A stretch of DNA of 63,610 bases, filler included, from Reticulomyxa filosa (lineage: Eukaryota; Protista; Foraminifera): the NCBI GenBank assembly GCA_000512085.1. It is 8 parts of 8 records of this genome, joined end to end, with 100 filler letters (N's around TTAATTAATTAA, not from the genome) between each part and the next. Parts side by side here need not be neighbours in the genome. Positions count along the whole stretch, not along the records: positions 21,742 to 29,352 come from ASPP01000967.1; positions 29,453 to 38,705 come from ASPP01016610.1; 6 more parts are not named here. One strand, given 5' to 3'. Each line of letters begins with the position of its first letter. Position 1 is the first letter of the stretch. The notes below the pieces were generated by a model, which saw only the letters and a list, made by a program, of their open reading frames with translations, was not told the origin of the DNA and searched no databases. The position numbers and the translations under genes were made by a program. Shown one piece after another: positions 22,738 to 36,245 of the stretch.

Positions 22738-25273
22738 TTATGTTGTTTTTTTTGTTATACTGACTAAAAAGAACGAAACATCAGAGACCGATAAAAACAA
22801 CCAAACTTTATCGATATTTTCCAATGTCAGTTGGACATTACATACTTTTTGATCATGCTCACCAAAATTTTGTTTAAAAATCATTATTGCATTTTCATAA
22901 TATTCCTTTGCTTTACTTTTATCTCCTTTTGTGACATGGATATCTCCTAAAAGAACATAGGATTCAGCAATATGTGGATGATTAAAATCTAATTTCTTCG
23001 ATCGCAATTCCAACGCTTTTTCGGCAAATCTGACAGCTTTGTCCAATTCGGTATTTTTAAATGCACTCGCCAAATAATGTAAAGACCAACCAATAGAAGG
23101 ATGATCATTATCAAGATTTTTCACTCGTATTTTGAATGACTTTTCAAAGTATGCAATGGCATTTTCATAAGTCTCATCCTTTTTCAATATCAATCCCAGC
23201 ACATCAAACAAATTTGCAATGTGCAACTCAAAATTATCGCTTGAGTCTTTTATCAAAATGTCTAAAGCTTTGCCAGCATACTCTTTGGCTTTATCCGTTT
23301 GCGCTTTCCCTTTTATCCACACGAGTCCCAATTCATTGTATGACATTGCAACGAATACATTCTTTTCACCAAATTTCTTTAACCGAATTTGCAATGCTAT
23401 TTCATGGCATTCAATCGATTTGTCATATTCTCCTTTTTCAAAATGTACCCTCCCCAAATTGCTGAACGATGTTGCGCAAGAAGGGTGATCTCTACCCAAT
23501 TTATCCAAGAAAATGTGCAATGCTTTATTGTGATAATCAGCAGCTTCAACATATTCTCCTCTTCCATAACAAATCCTTCCCAGATGGTTGTAACTTGTAG
23601 CAATATGTGTTTGGTTTTCATTTGCATTGCCCAAACAAATGCTCAATGCCTTTGCATGATATTCAAATGCTTTTTCATATTCCGCTTTGGCGTAATAATC
23701 TCTTCCCAAATTATCAAAAGAAATAGCAACATTAATGTGGTCATTCCCTAATTTTTTGGATCTTATTTGCAATGCTTTCATATGATATATAATTGCTTTA
23801 CCGTATTCCCCTATACCTTCGTAAGCAAATCCCAATTCGTTGCACGATGCAGCGACGTCGATGTGATCATCACCTAACTTATCTAACCTTATTTTTAACG
23901 CTTTTTTATGAAAGCGAATTGCTTTGTTGCACTCACCTTTACTTAAATACGCATTGCCCAATCCATTGTATGATATGGCAACATTAATGTGATCCAATCC
24001 CAATTTTGCTAAACTGATTTTCAATGCTCTTTCATTGCATTCAATTGCTTTGTCATATTCTCCTTTGCTTACGTATACATTTCCCAAACCATTGTATGAC
24101 GTGGCCACATCAATGTGCCTTGCTCCCAATTGTTTCAATCTTATTTTCAATGATTTTTCATGACATTCAATTGCTTTTGTATATTCCCCTTTGTTTTTAC
24201 ATGAGTTTCCCAAGTTGTTGTACAATGTACTAATGTCAATATGATCTGGCTCCAATTTATTTAATTTGATTTCCAATGCCTTTTCATAATACCCCATTGC
24301 CCTGTCATTTGCACCTTTTCCATAATAAGCATTTCCCAACCAGATAAGAGCATCCGCAGTATCAATGTGAAATTCACCCAGAGTTTGCAATAGAACACAG
24401 TGTGCATTTTGGAACAATCGAATTGCCTCGTCAAAATTGGATTTGTTATACAGAGTGACTCCAGACTTTATTGTATCCATGGGCCAACAATCAGTGCAAC
24501 TAAGCTGTTTAAAAGTATAACGGATAATCGATTGCTTAGTATGAATAAGCTGTTGGGTAATGTGACAATCCCCAATTCCATTAATCGTGCAATCAATTAC
24601 ATAAACATATCCATCGATTGTTATATTGTCAAATATTACGCTTTTTGAATGAAATAAATATACTGTGTATGGCGATACCACTATTTTCTTTTTCATATAT
24701 TGAGTTGAATTAATCATCATTGTGAAAGGGACGTCTTGCCAAAATCGCCGGTCATTTGATTTTGCCACTGCATCAAGATTGACTGTTACAACGACAATTC
24801 CTTTTTGCTTCTTTTCAATCATTGCTTTGATCATATTGTAAGCTATCTTATTTGCTTCGTTCCATTCCTTGTTTTGTTTAAGCTCAACATCCTCATTTTT
24901 GTTGTTAACTTCTAGTTTTTCATCATCTTGTTTCTGCTCTGGATACTTTGTCTCTTCTTTGTCATTTTCTGACATTTGCATTTCCAATTTTGTTTTTTTT
25001 AAACAAATAAAAAAATAATAAAACAAAACTGTCAAGGAAATCAACGCAAAGACAAACAGGATCGGCTTTAAAGGCAATTTCAACTTTTTCGTTATTGTCG
25101 ATATGTTGACCATTTATATTTGTAATTTTAAAATACAATGAGAAAGTTTTGGGTTTGGCTTGGTTGTTATTAATTATCTCTCTTACTTTGTCTTCCAAAA
25201 GTTGAAGCGACAATGATGTGAGTGTCAATTCGTACGATTTTTTTTCAATGAAAACTGAGGCGTGAAACGACAT
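22738..25273 (-). CDS. TPR-repeat protein (42-aa kinesin-light-chain/nephrocystin-3-type repeats), two exons
   Basis: About 12 tandem 42-aa units such as DVATSYNGLGNVYVSKGEYDKAIECNERALKISLAKLGLDHI. The N-terminal exon (MSFHASVFIE...) lies in ORF 24962..25288. Confidence 0.88.
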
Positions 25274-28067
25274 TCTTGCCAAATCCAAAGCTCTTACAAA
25301 AACGCTTCAAATAATACTCCAGAATCTTTCCACTCTGTTTTCCTCGGCCCCTTTTTCTACCTCATCTTCTTACATGAAATTTTTGTTTATTGCATTTCTG
25401 TGCCTCCAGCAAAGAATAAATGTGCATCAAGAAGTGCAATGAATTTGTGCAGATCATGAAAAATCATAGAATTGAACAATAATCTAATTATGTATTCAAA
25501 AAAGGTTAGTGGCATGTTAACATCCTACCTCTTTCCTTCCCGGCATTTTCCAATCTTAAAGTTAGGCAATAGAATATTATCATTCCAAAATCCATCTTCT
25601 CATTTTCAAACGATTTTCTTTAATGCAAAAAATTCCTTAAACTTTTTAAATTAGTAAAGACTTAATTTGTTTAATATGCCGTACATTTACGTACACAAAT
25701 AAAACTATTTGAATAGTTTGTATTTATTAATTCTTGTATTTATCTTTAAGAAAAGACAACAACATGCATATTGCAAAATCTTATTACTTTATATTACCTT
25801 GTTTGGTTGGTTTTTGGAGTGTAAAAAAGACGCAACAATAGGGGTAACTATATATGAGGAAGGAAACTAATGTACTGAGTGTTACTGTAAAAAAAAACTA
25901 ATGTACGTTACAGGAAAAAAGACCGTGTGTCAAAAAAGACAAGTTTTACAATTTTGACAAAGAGGAAGGCCTGAAGCTCCTATAAAATATAAATGAGATA
26001 ATTATACCACCGTTATCGTCAGAAGTTCAACGGCGTGACAAGCCTGTTCCAGTCGTTGAAAAGGGACATTGAGCCTTCAATAAAGTGATTTTGAAGTGAT
26101 ATTCACAATACTACATGTAACAAAAAAAAAGTCAAAATTATTTTCAATTGATTATTTGTTATTTTTTACCTACATTTCAACACTGCTTTTTAATTAAAAT
26201 AATTTTGTTAACTGTCGGAATTGCACATCTCTTTGATGGGTACATGCTTTTCAAAAAATTTTGGAAAATCTGTCTACTCTTTTGCAAAAAAAAGGACAAC
26301 TTTAGTTTTTTACCTGTGTAGGGCCGGCCCCTGGTTGGGACGTTCCAAGAAATCTTTAAACCCTTTTTCACTTAGCGTTTTTTCCACGGTACAAATCTTT
26401 CCAATTGTCTGGTTTACTTATTTCTTCATTCAAGTACTTTTGCTTTGATTAAATTTTGCTCTAAAGGACAAAACACTCTCGTATTACACTTTCATTTTCT
26501 ACGTCTGTATTTTGAGATTGTCAATTGGATTTAATCTCTGTGGATAATCTCTGACAAAATTATTTAAAATGGTATGTTATTTTGTTTTTGAGCTGCATGG
26601 GAAAAAAGCGATGAAACGGAGTCTCTAAAAAATATATGTATGCACAGGCCAAATACTTTGTGATTGCGTCCCACAGGGATGCAAAGATGATATTTAAAGC
26701 GACTGACCTTGAAGAAAAAGGGAGAATGTCAGAGGCATCAAAGAAGACCAATTGGCAAGAGTTGTTGTGCACAATCTCTTTTTTATTACTAACAAAAATT
26801 AATAAAAACTTTTGTCATGCAGGTGGCATGAATCATAGCATCAAACTAATAAGCGAAAATAATCAGTTTCCATTGAAAATGGTCCATTACGTAATTCTTT
26901 TACTTGAATAATTTTATATGCAAACATTTATTTATTTCGCAGCATCAAAAGAAATCTTTGTTCTTGTTTTTCTTTATTTTTCAATTTTTGTGGACTATAC
27001 AGTAGTTTGCAAAAAAGACCGTACACCAAAAAAAAATGGTGCTTTTTTAGTATTTGACTTGTATGTCTTTATTGAAAAGAGCTAAAGTAAAAATAATTTT
27101 ATAATACATAGAACAAATTACATACTATATTTCTTCTATGTTATACTATCTTATCTCTTGCATTTATTTGAAAGGCTATACATTCAATTTTTTATCTGGC
27201 TTTTAAGTATGCCTTTTTCTCCAGGCAGTAAACACTGTGTCATGCAATGAAGAGAATTACAAACATTGAAAGAACCTTCGAATTGGATTTTAGTTCATTG
27301 TTTCAAAAGAAAATACAAAATAAACTACCACAATGATCAAAATTTTTATCAATTAACTTTTATAATTCATTTTTAATAAACAATAACACAATAACGAAAA
27401 TCTTTCTATTTTTTTTAGCGTATCTGAATAGTTTAAAAATCTGACTTATTAGATCATTATAAAGAAATCAATCAATTATTTTTGTTAATTGTATATGATA
27501 TAAAATAAAAATTTTGTCAAGTATTTTGAACAGTCAACAAATAAAAAAGCAATGTTAGACCAGAAACCGGAAACAGCAATCATTTTTTATTAGTTTGATT
27601 GTGATTTCATCTTTAAACAAATAATTTTGATTTATAATACATTTAAACACACGTTTGTAGTTTGAAAAAAAGTTTTCATCAAAGGAGAAAACTGGTCATG
27701 AATTCATCCGAAACATTTTCTAATTGCTGCATAGCAAAATATTTTGAACCTTATACTTAAAATAATAACTTTGGCTCGATATTCCAGCTATTAAGTGCAT
27801 TCAATTGAGATGGAATTATCTTAATGTGATCAACAATACATAAGTGGACATCATCAAAGTCAATTTTGAAAGTGAAGAGTCAACTCGGTGATTAAGAGTG
27901 TAAATAAAAAAACTGACATTCCATCAAAAAAAAATTATCATCTTCAGTTGAAAGTTACTTTTAAATTGGAGTTGCATCTATATCACTTTCATTTAATTTT
28001 TCTTTTAAAAAAAGACTAAAAAAGCTCATATTCACTCAAAATCAAATCAGCCAACAAAATTTCTTCA

Positions 28068-29320
28068 CTATCCCCAAATACGAATCAAACCCATAAATGA
28101 ACCGTAACACAAATTAATACCACAGCCAATATCATCATTAATTTTTCTTCTTTTTTCATTCTTTTTTAATTGTAAAAACTTCAAACACATTATTCCTATA
28201 TCTTCATTATATCCTTTGATCATATACAATTCATTCTTATTTGATCGAACATCCCAAAATCGAATTGTATTATCAATTGATCCAGAACATATCACATTTG
28301 AATTACCAATACTATACTTTATTACAAATGGTGAATATTCAACAGCATTCACCCTATGGGTATGTCCATTGAACACTTGAATCTGTTCACCAGATCGAAT
28401 ATCCCACATACAAACACTTTTATCATCTGATCCAGATAATATTGTATTCACTAATTCATTTGATCCATATTTTACACTATTCACAAAACCTTCATGTCCT
28501 TTGAAGACATTGAATTGTTTAGTTGTTTCAATATCCCATATTCGAATGGTTTCATCATATGACCCAGAGCAAATTGTATATCCATTTCCACCAATCACAC
28601 CAATATTGTTCATTTTATTATTATTATTGCTTTGTAATGGTGAAATATCAACACAACAAACAGTTCTTTCATGTCCATTGAAAGCATGTAATGATTTTGA
28701 TGTTTCGACATCCCATAAACAAATTGTTTTGTCCAATGATCCAGAACACAAATATCTACCACCATTAAATGGTGAAAATTCAATACCACAAACACTATCA
28801 GCATGCTCATTTAATATTTCCAATTGTTTGTTATGTTTAAAATCCCAAAAACGAATTGTATTATCATCTGATGAAGAACAAATGACACTTTGACGATTAT
28901 TATGATAATAATATGATGAAAATTTCACACATCTCACAGAATCTAAATGTCCATCAAATGATTGAATTTGTTTGTTGTTATCAACATCACATACACGAAC
29001 TGTTTTATCACGTGATCCAGAACAAATGAATTGACAATTATCAAATGTTGAATAATCAATACTATACACAATCTTTGTATGTCCAGTAAATGTATTGATT
29101 AATTTGGATGATGAACTAAATGTGTCAAACATGAAGAAAGTAGATGCCTATGTCAAATAACATTTGAATATTTTGATTAGTATTTAAAAAAAAGAAAGGA
29201 CAAATGAACTAACATAATCGACAACGAGTTTATCAAAATCTTCGATCCACCCTAATTGAATGTTTAATGTTCGAATCCAATGATGAATAATGCTTTGGAC
29301 CTCTTTTTCTTTCGACTATT
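28068..29320 (-). CDS. WD40-repeat protein of a lineage-expanded family
   Basis: Repeated GH...(I)CSGSxDxTIRxWD units in ORF 28068..29132. Short upstream exon IIHHWIRTLNIQLGWIEDFDKLVVDY at ~29213-29310. Ends IRIWG. Confidence 0.9.
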
Positions 29321-29352
29321 TCAATGATAAAGCAAAAAAAGAAAAAGAAGAA

Positions 29353-29452
29353 NNNNNNNNNNNNNNNNNNNNNNNNNNNNNNNNNNNNNNNNNNNNTTAA
29401 TTAATTAANNNNNNNNNNNNNNNNNNNNNNNNNNNNNNNNNNNNNNNNNNNN
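29353..29452. other. Artificial contig linker
   Basis: 100-nt N/TTAATTAATTAA/N spacer. Confidence 0.97.
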
Positions 29453-29998
29453 CCCCCCTTTTTTTTTTTTTTTTTTTTTTTTTTGCCTGTTGTATGTTTT
29501 TTCAGGTTCACCATAAAACATTAAATGTTTGCCTTGATAGAGGGGATCACTTGGCTTTGTTGGTGTAAAACTAGACGGGTCCCTCGGCAAAAATTTGAGA
29601 CCGTATTTGGTGGTCAATTCCAAGTCTTTTATTATCTGCGGCCGCAATAACCCTGCCAAGTATGACGCTCTTGAAAATTTATATCCGGGCCCGTACAGCT
29701 CCTCTGTCACCGCCGCACCTCCTATTATGTCGCGGCGCTCCAATACGAGCACGTCCAATCCTTTCTTCGCCAAATAACATGCCGACACCAAGCCGTTGTG
29801 CCCTCCTCCGATTATTATCACGTCTCGGGTTTGCTTGCTCGGAGGCGAAAATTGCCCCGGGCTGGGGTTGTACTTCGGCGAGGACGGTCCACTTAGTAAT
29901 CTCTTTGGCGATGATAATGGAGATTTGGGCGCATATTTCGAAAATGGGGTACAGATTTGTGATTGCAATAATGACCAATGTTTTGCCATTGAACACAT
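29453..29998 (-). CDS. PYROXD2: Pyridine nucleotide-disulfide oxidoreductase domain 2 / phytoene-dehydrogenase-like FAD oxidoreductase, 5' part only
   Basis: [68 protein letters not shown]. The Ser/Pro/basic N-terminal extension is compatible with an organellar presequence. Confidence 0.8.
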
Positions 29999-30263
29999 CT
30001 TTTTTTTTCTCCTCCCTATTACGAAGAAGGGATTGAGACCCCCTTTCGTTCCGATTTGTGTTTAATGAAAGGAAAAAAAATTGCCAAGTTGATAAACACT
30101 AAAAAAAAGGGCGTTGTTAGACTTTGGACATTAAATAAGAAGGGAATATTTTTAGCCTTGTGAGAAGAAACGAATAATAATGAAGAAAAAACAAAAGTTT
30201 TTTTTTTGTAAGTTGTTCTTGTCCTTATGCAATGAATGAAAAGTTGCAAAAACGCAAAATATA

Positions 30264-31790
30264 TCAAATGACTTCAAATTGATAGTTGAACCATGCAAGC
30301 AGAGTTTGGTTTAAATGATACTTCAAATAACGTAAATCCCGAGCGGTGAACTCGCTCGTTCGGTATTCGCGATTGCTGTACGTATGCAGTGCTTCGGTGC
30401 GATTTCTGGAGTCCCCATGCTGTTTAGTTGGAAGTTCAATGACCTGACGAGCACTGATTTTCTTCAATCTCCCGCCCACACAATATTCACAAAACAGTTT
30501 CAAAATGCTGTTAGGTTGGAACAATAGGTCTTCAAATCGAATAATGACCACTGGGAACGCTTCATACACTTGTCTATCGAAATAAGCCGAGTACCTTTTG
30601 CAAATACGTATACACATGAGATTGATATAACAACAACAAAAAAAAAAAAAAAAAGGGAAGGTTAGGGCTACGTAAATAGTGATCCCCTCCCCTTCTTCTT
30701 CATACACACACACACACACAAATTCATATATGTACATATATATGTACAAACACTCTGACCATGCATTCCATAAATGTGCCAAGGAAGGATAGACAGTTTG
30801 ATGCCAAAGCAGGATGGATTTGTGAATGTGTTTGGGACAGTGTCGTGAATACCATTGGGACTGATTGGAGAACTGAATGTAATAACGAGCTTTGCAAGTG
30901 GACTTGATCCACGTGAGTGGGTCTTTGATGATGACAACGGCGAGCATAGGAAAGCGCAGCTTCCACGTCCAAGGCAGGCTTTGAATGATCGATGCATTAA
31001 CGAGCGAGTGTTTCAGCCATGGCACCTGATGCAATGTCTGCCGATATCCCCAGGTGAGATAGCCCATGCAGTTGCGGTTCATTAAGCGGTACAGTGCATT
31101 CGTGCCTGTGTTGTACATGCCTGCAATCGCAATATACTGATACGCCACGTGCTGCGGCAATGCAAAGGCATGGGCGTCAATCACTCGGAACAATGCGTTG
31201 TACTCATTGTCAAACACGCGGTCATTCTTCAGCTCCGGTCGTATGTATCCCACTCGCTTTGCGGAAGGTACCATCCTGTGATTGAAACAACTCTCGAAAT
31301 AGTGACTCATGTATAAATTATGACCATACGGATACCGCTTTGAAACACGCTTTGCATGTGGCTTTATTGTAATGTTCACCTTTGATAATAATGATACAAT
31401 CTCATTATTACCGTTTTGTACACTTGTCTTGTTATATGGCAGGTTTCTACTTTCCATTATAGCCGCTTCGTAACTTAAGTACTTTCGGATGGATCGAAAG
31501 TAACTGCTGTTATATACACTTGGCAACACCACCAATTGTGGGTCGCCATTGGACACCAGTGAGTCCACTATTTCAAACGCCCTTTTCCATGAACTTCCAA
31601 TCGACTCGTTTTGATATAACAAATAATTACCCTTATCTTCTTGCACTTGAGCTACGTAATAACTTCGTAGACTTCCCTCATGACGCATTATTAAGAGCCC
31701 CACACAACCCATTATAAAAAATATTAACATCATAACAAAGATTTCCACCGGATGGCAGAAATACCATTTCCTTTTTAGCCAGCGCAACAT
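30264..31790 (-). CDS. Type II membrane sulfotransferase-like protein (one in-frame intron, ~30594-30758)
   Basis: N-terminal TM helix; IAGMYNTGTN (5'-PSB-like), VPWLKH, IIKDPLTW..S (3'-PB-like) and IIRFEDLL. The CA/TA-repeat segment is bounded by GT..AG. Confidence 0.7.
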   Translation of the reverse strand: MLRWLKRKWYFCHPVEIFVMMLIFFIMGCVGLLIMRHEGSLRSYYVAQVQEDKGNYLLYQNESIGSSWKRAFEIVDSLVSNGDPQLVVLPSVYNSSYFRSIRKYLSYEAAIMESRNLPYNKTSVQNGNNEIVSLLSKVNITIKPHAKRVSKRYPYGHNLYMSHYFESCFNHRMVPSAKRVGYIRPELKNDRVFDNEYNALFRVIDAHAFALPQHVAYQYIAIAGMYNTGTNALYRLMNRNCMGYLTWGYRQTLHQVPWLKHSLVNASIIQSLPWTWKLRFPMLAVVIIKDPLTWIKSTCKARYYIQFSNQSQWYSRHCPKHIHKSILLWHQTVYPSLAHLWNAWSECLYIYMYIYEFVCVCVYEEEGEGITIYVALTFPFFFFFCCCYINLMCIRICKRYSAYFDRQVYEAFPVVIIRFEDLLFQPNSILKLFCEYCVGGRLKKISARQVIELPTKQHGDSRNRTEALHTYSNREYRTSEFTARDLRYLKYHLNQTLLAWFNYQFEVI

Positions 31791-32134
31791 TATTTATCTA
31801 TACTCAAGACGTCTTGTGGATTGATAGACACATAGATTCCTTGTTTAATTATATTGAGTGTGCCCTTGTTTTTTTTTTCTTGTTTCTTTGTTCCTCATGC
31901 ACTAAACGCTCTTTCACACACAAAAGAATGAAGGATTTTTTGAACTCAATTCTTTTTTTTTATGTGAGGATATTTCTTTATCCAATTCGCAAAAAAAAAG
32001 CCTGGAAAATGAAAGCACGGCTTATTCTATGGTTATATTCCTCTTCAAAAACTATCAATGCTCTTGGCTGCTCATTTGAGAGGAAAGGAGCAAGGTGGAA
32101 CTTTAAAAAAGAAAGTTAATTTGAATCAAAGAAC

Positions 32135-34836
32135 ATGCTCACGTATTTTTTATGGGTATATTTCATGGTTGACTTTGCGGTGGCATTGACTTCACAACAA
32201 CGGCAATTTGCTCAAAGCGTGGTAAGGGAAATGTTTGACCATGCGTATCGCAATTGTAGGTAAAACCCTTTTTTTTAAAGTTCACTTATGTGTAGTTAGT
32301 CCCCTTCAAAAAAAAAAAAGGAGGGAAATGGAAAAGGGGGGGGGGGAGAAAATTGTATAATCCTTGCAGAATAAGAAAAATAAATGAATGAAGATAAAAA
32401 AAAAAAACACGTGCGACATGAACGTTGGGTGAATTGAAACAGATAAAACCCATGCATTCCCACACGACGAACTGTTGCCGTTGTCATGTCAAGGACACGA
32501 CACATTGGGAGGATATGCATTGACTTTAATTGACAGCCTAGACACATTGCCCCTCATGGGATATTTTCAAGAATTCCGAAATGTATAAATACATTTATTT
32601 GCATTTGTGTATACGTTTTTTTAAAAAAAAAAATTGTTATTGGGTGTTTGTTGCAATCGCATATTCGCGCATGTGAATACAAATATAATGTTTGTAAAAA
32701 AAAAAAAAAATGAAAGACAGTAAATTGGATAAGCAGACATTGGACAGCAGATATTGACAAGAATGTATCTGTGTTCGAAACGAACATTCGAATATTGGGA
32801 GGGCTATTGGCGGGCCACATCCTTGCCACGGATGCCGATATATGGTACAACGACGACAGCAACACCTTTTGTCACCGTTGTACACCGCAAAGCATGTTCG
32901 ACTGTCTCTACAACAATCAGTTGCTAGTGCTATCCATCGATTTGGGCAATCGTTTGCTTCGTGCATTCGACACACCTACTGGTCTCCCTTATGGTAATGC
33001 TGTCATCACGTTGTAATCCACTATTTGTTGTTACATATATACTATATATATGTATATATATATATATATACATGTATATATGTACTGATGAATGATGTAT
33101 ACATTATTATTGTTATTGTTGAATACTTATTATTAGGAGAGATGCATGTACACTCTTGCATGCTTACATGTACCCTTTTTTTTTTGGGGGGGGGAGTAAA
33201 GGAACGGTCAATTTGCGATATGGAATACCGCCGAATGAAACGCCGATAGTGTGCACGGCATGTGCGGGCACGTATTTGTTGGAGTTTGGCGTGCTGTCGG
33301 TGTATGCGGATGATAGTCGGTTTTTACAAAGCGGCGAAATTGGCAGCGGTGTCGTTGTACGAGCGTCGTTACGTGATTTACCCAGCGACAATGGCGACAG
33401 AGACGACAACAACAACGACGACAACAACGACGACAACAGGGATGACCACAACGGTGACCAAGAACAAAGACAAAACCAACGACGAAACCAACGACGATGA
33501 CAAGTCAGCAAATGACAAGCCGGTAAACGACAATGTGGGATGTTCGCTGCTGGGGTCGCATTTAAGTGCAGAGACGGGACAATGGATCTATGCCAACAGT
33601 GGCATCGGCAATTACATTGACAGTTATTTGGAGTATTTGATCAAAGGATACGTGTTGTTTAATGACATGGAATTGTTACTAATGTTTGAAGACTTGTTTT
33701 ATGTTGAGTTGACATTCGACATTTATATACATATAATATATGCGTATTTTGTTTTTTTTTTTTTTTTTTTTTTTTTTGTGATTTGAATTAAATCAAAAGA
33801 TAAATTGCATTTTATGTATTTGGAGTAGAGCGCATGGAGGACAATGTCATATCCACACGGACAAGAATGGTGGACTAGCGTCCAACTCATCAACGGAAAA
33901 ATGGAGACTCCTTATGTACACGACACGTTTATAAATTTTTGGCCTGGCCTGCTGGCGATGCTTGGCGAGTTTCGCATCTTTGACGGGTTGGTACACAACA
34001 TTGCTCAGCACATTTGGAAAGAAAACAATTACTTTATATGCGAATCGTTCAATTGGCAAACTGGCCATTGCGTGGACAATCGCGAGCAATACCCATTGCG
34101 TCCAGAGTGGATCGAAAGTTTGTACTACTTGTCACAAACCAATAACAGACAAGAGGAACATGATTGGCTGATTGACATGGCCTGGCAAATGCTTTTGTCC
34201 ATCAACAACACTTGTCGTGTTCAATGTGGCTTTGCTACTGTTGCTAACATACATAATCATTTCGACTTGAAAGATCAAATGGATTCTTTTTTTTTAGCGG
34301 AAACACTCAAATATTTTTATCTCCTCTTTTCTTCTTCTTCTTCTTGGTTTCATGTCGAGAGAAATTGGCTGTTTTCCACCGAAGGACATATGTTTGATTT
34401 GAATGCAATTCATAAAATCATTCAACAAAATAAACATTTCACGAATTTGACAAATTGGAATTATTTGCAGTTATTGAACATTCAACCCCTTAACACTGTC
34501 GCCAGTACGCTTCCTGGCTGGGATGAGTATTGCCATGTCATTACTCACTCCAACATTCTTAAAACTCTCAAAAAACCTGTCGATTTGTCTAACAGAGATA
34601 AAGATTTGCTCAGTCGATCCGCTTCCACTTTTCGGTCGTGGAGGAGCGATCAATCCAATTCTTGGATGGACATTGGGTGGATGAAATTAGGAGAAGGGGT
34701 GCTTTGGCAGTGTGGCAACTTTGAACACAAACATTGGTTTACTGGAAAACTTGTTGATTTTGCCATTTGCGACGCAAGAGGTCTTCGTATGTGTTGGGAA
34801 CATAGAAGGATTGACTCTCGGTATTGCTATGTGTAA
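32135..34836 (+). CDS. GH47 alpha-1,2-mannosidase, EDEM-like, multi-exon; frameshift at ~33325; 3' end uncertain
   Basis: Signal peptide; [102 protein letters not shown]. Confidence 0.9.
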
Positions 34837-35586
34837 TTTTCCAAAGGTGGAGACTAACTTTTTTTTTTTTTTTTTGTATCCAAAGCCACAGACCCCTCCC
34901 TTCCGTGGAAAATTTTGTTGTGTTATGAAAGATTGTCCATTCCCTTATTCCTCTATTGTTCATGATTTTAATACATTTTTTTAAACGATGTGCTCGGAAA
35001 AACATACTGAAATTATGAATTATGCTTATGCTCCTAACACAAACAACAAAAATGCTGCACTTTATCTTATTTTTCAATAATTTTAACTCAACGCATGTGA
35101 AAATGTTTTTTTTTGTTGTTCTACAGTGAGAATAAAACATAGGGCATTAACAAAATATATATGTTTTTTCCTTCAAAGTTTTAAATTGAGAAAATGAAGG
35201 AAAAAGAACCAAAAGAAAAAAAGTACTTTTTGTGACACCCCCCCTCCCTTTAATTTCGCATATATTTTTTTTTTGTTCCAACACGTGCACAAGTTTTTCT
35301 TTACATTCAAAATGTAAGATTTTCAAATGTTTATTTAACAAACTCAAACTCGATATCCAATCGTGGGAATTAGTCTCACCCATTCTTCTCCTTCTCTTCT
35401 GCTGTGAAGAAAGTACAACATTAAAAAAAAGAAAAATTAACACTACTAGCAGAGAATGGTTATGTAGCAAAAAGAAGAGAAATGAAGAAAAGGAGAAGAG
35501 AAGAAAGCAAAACAAAACAAAACAAGACAAAACAAAATACAAGAAATACAAGGCAAGCACAAAAGCAAAAGAAAGAAAAAAAGGAG

Positions 35587-36201
35587 TCAAGGTGCCCTTT
35601 CTTCGGCTTGACATTGGAGTTCAACTTCACGAACAGTTTGTTCACGAAGAGTAGTATTGAAATTGGAATTGGAATTTGAAATAATATTAAAGTAGTTATT
35701 ATGATTGGGGTCATGTTCGTGTTCATGGTCGTGATCATGATCATGGTCGTGATCATTATCATTATTGTGATTATCATCTACATGTTCACGTCCAGATTCC
35801 TTAATGATGTCAAGAGGCTTGACAGAGACATTGACAGTGCTACAAAACGTCAAAAGCCGATCACAGCATCGACACAAGTGCGTATACCAAAAGTGATATG
35901 CTTTGAACATGAGGAGGAGGCAAAGACAGCTAATGACGATATCGATGACAAGCCCAATGGTCCAAAGGAATTCGGAGTACAAGAGCAGCGAGATGAAAGT
36001 GACGGCGACCATGACAAAGGTGAGAACAGTGACTTTGATGGAGAGTCTATAATATTGCGAAGTTCTGCGTATCTCCCTCAATTGTTTTTGAAGCGTTTTT
36101 TTATTTGCCACGACTTGTTCCGTCGACATGCGACGACGCATCGAGGAGCTTCTGCGTTTCGATTGGTGTTGTGGTGGTGATTGTGGCTGCGGTAATTGCA
36201 G

Positions 36202-36245
<44 letters not shown>

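Noticed and set aside
26308-26325. GC-rich near-palindrome agggccggcccct resembling some hAT-type termini
   Set aside because: Single short occurrence with no partner terminus, TSD or transposase nearby.
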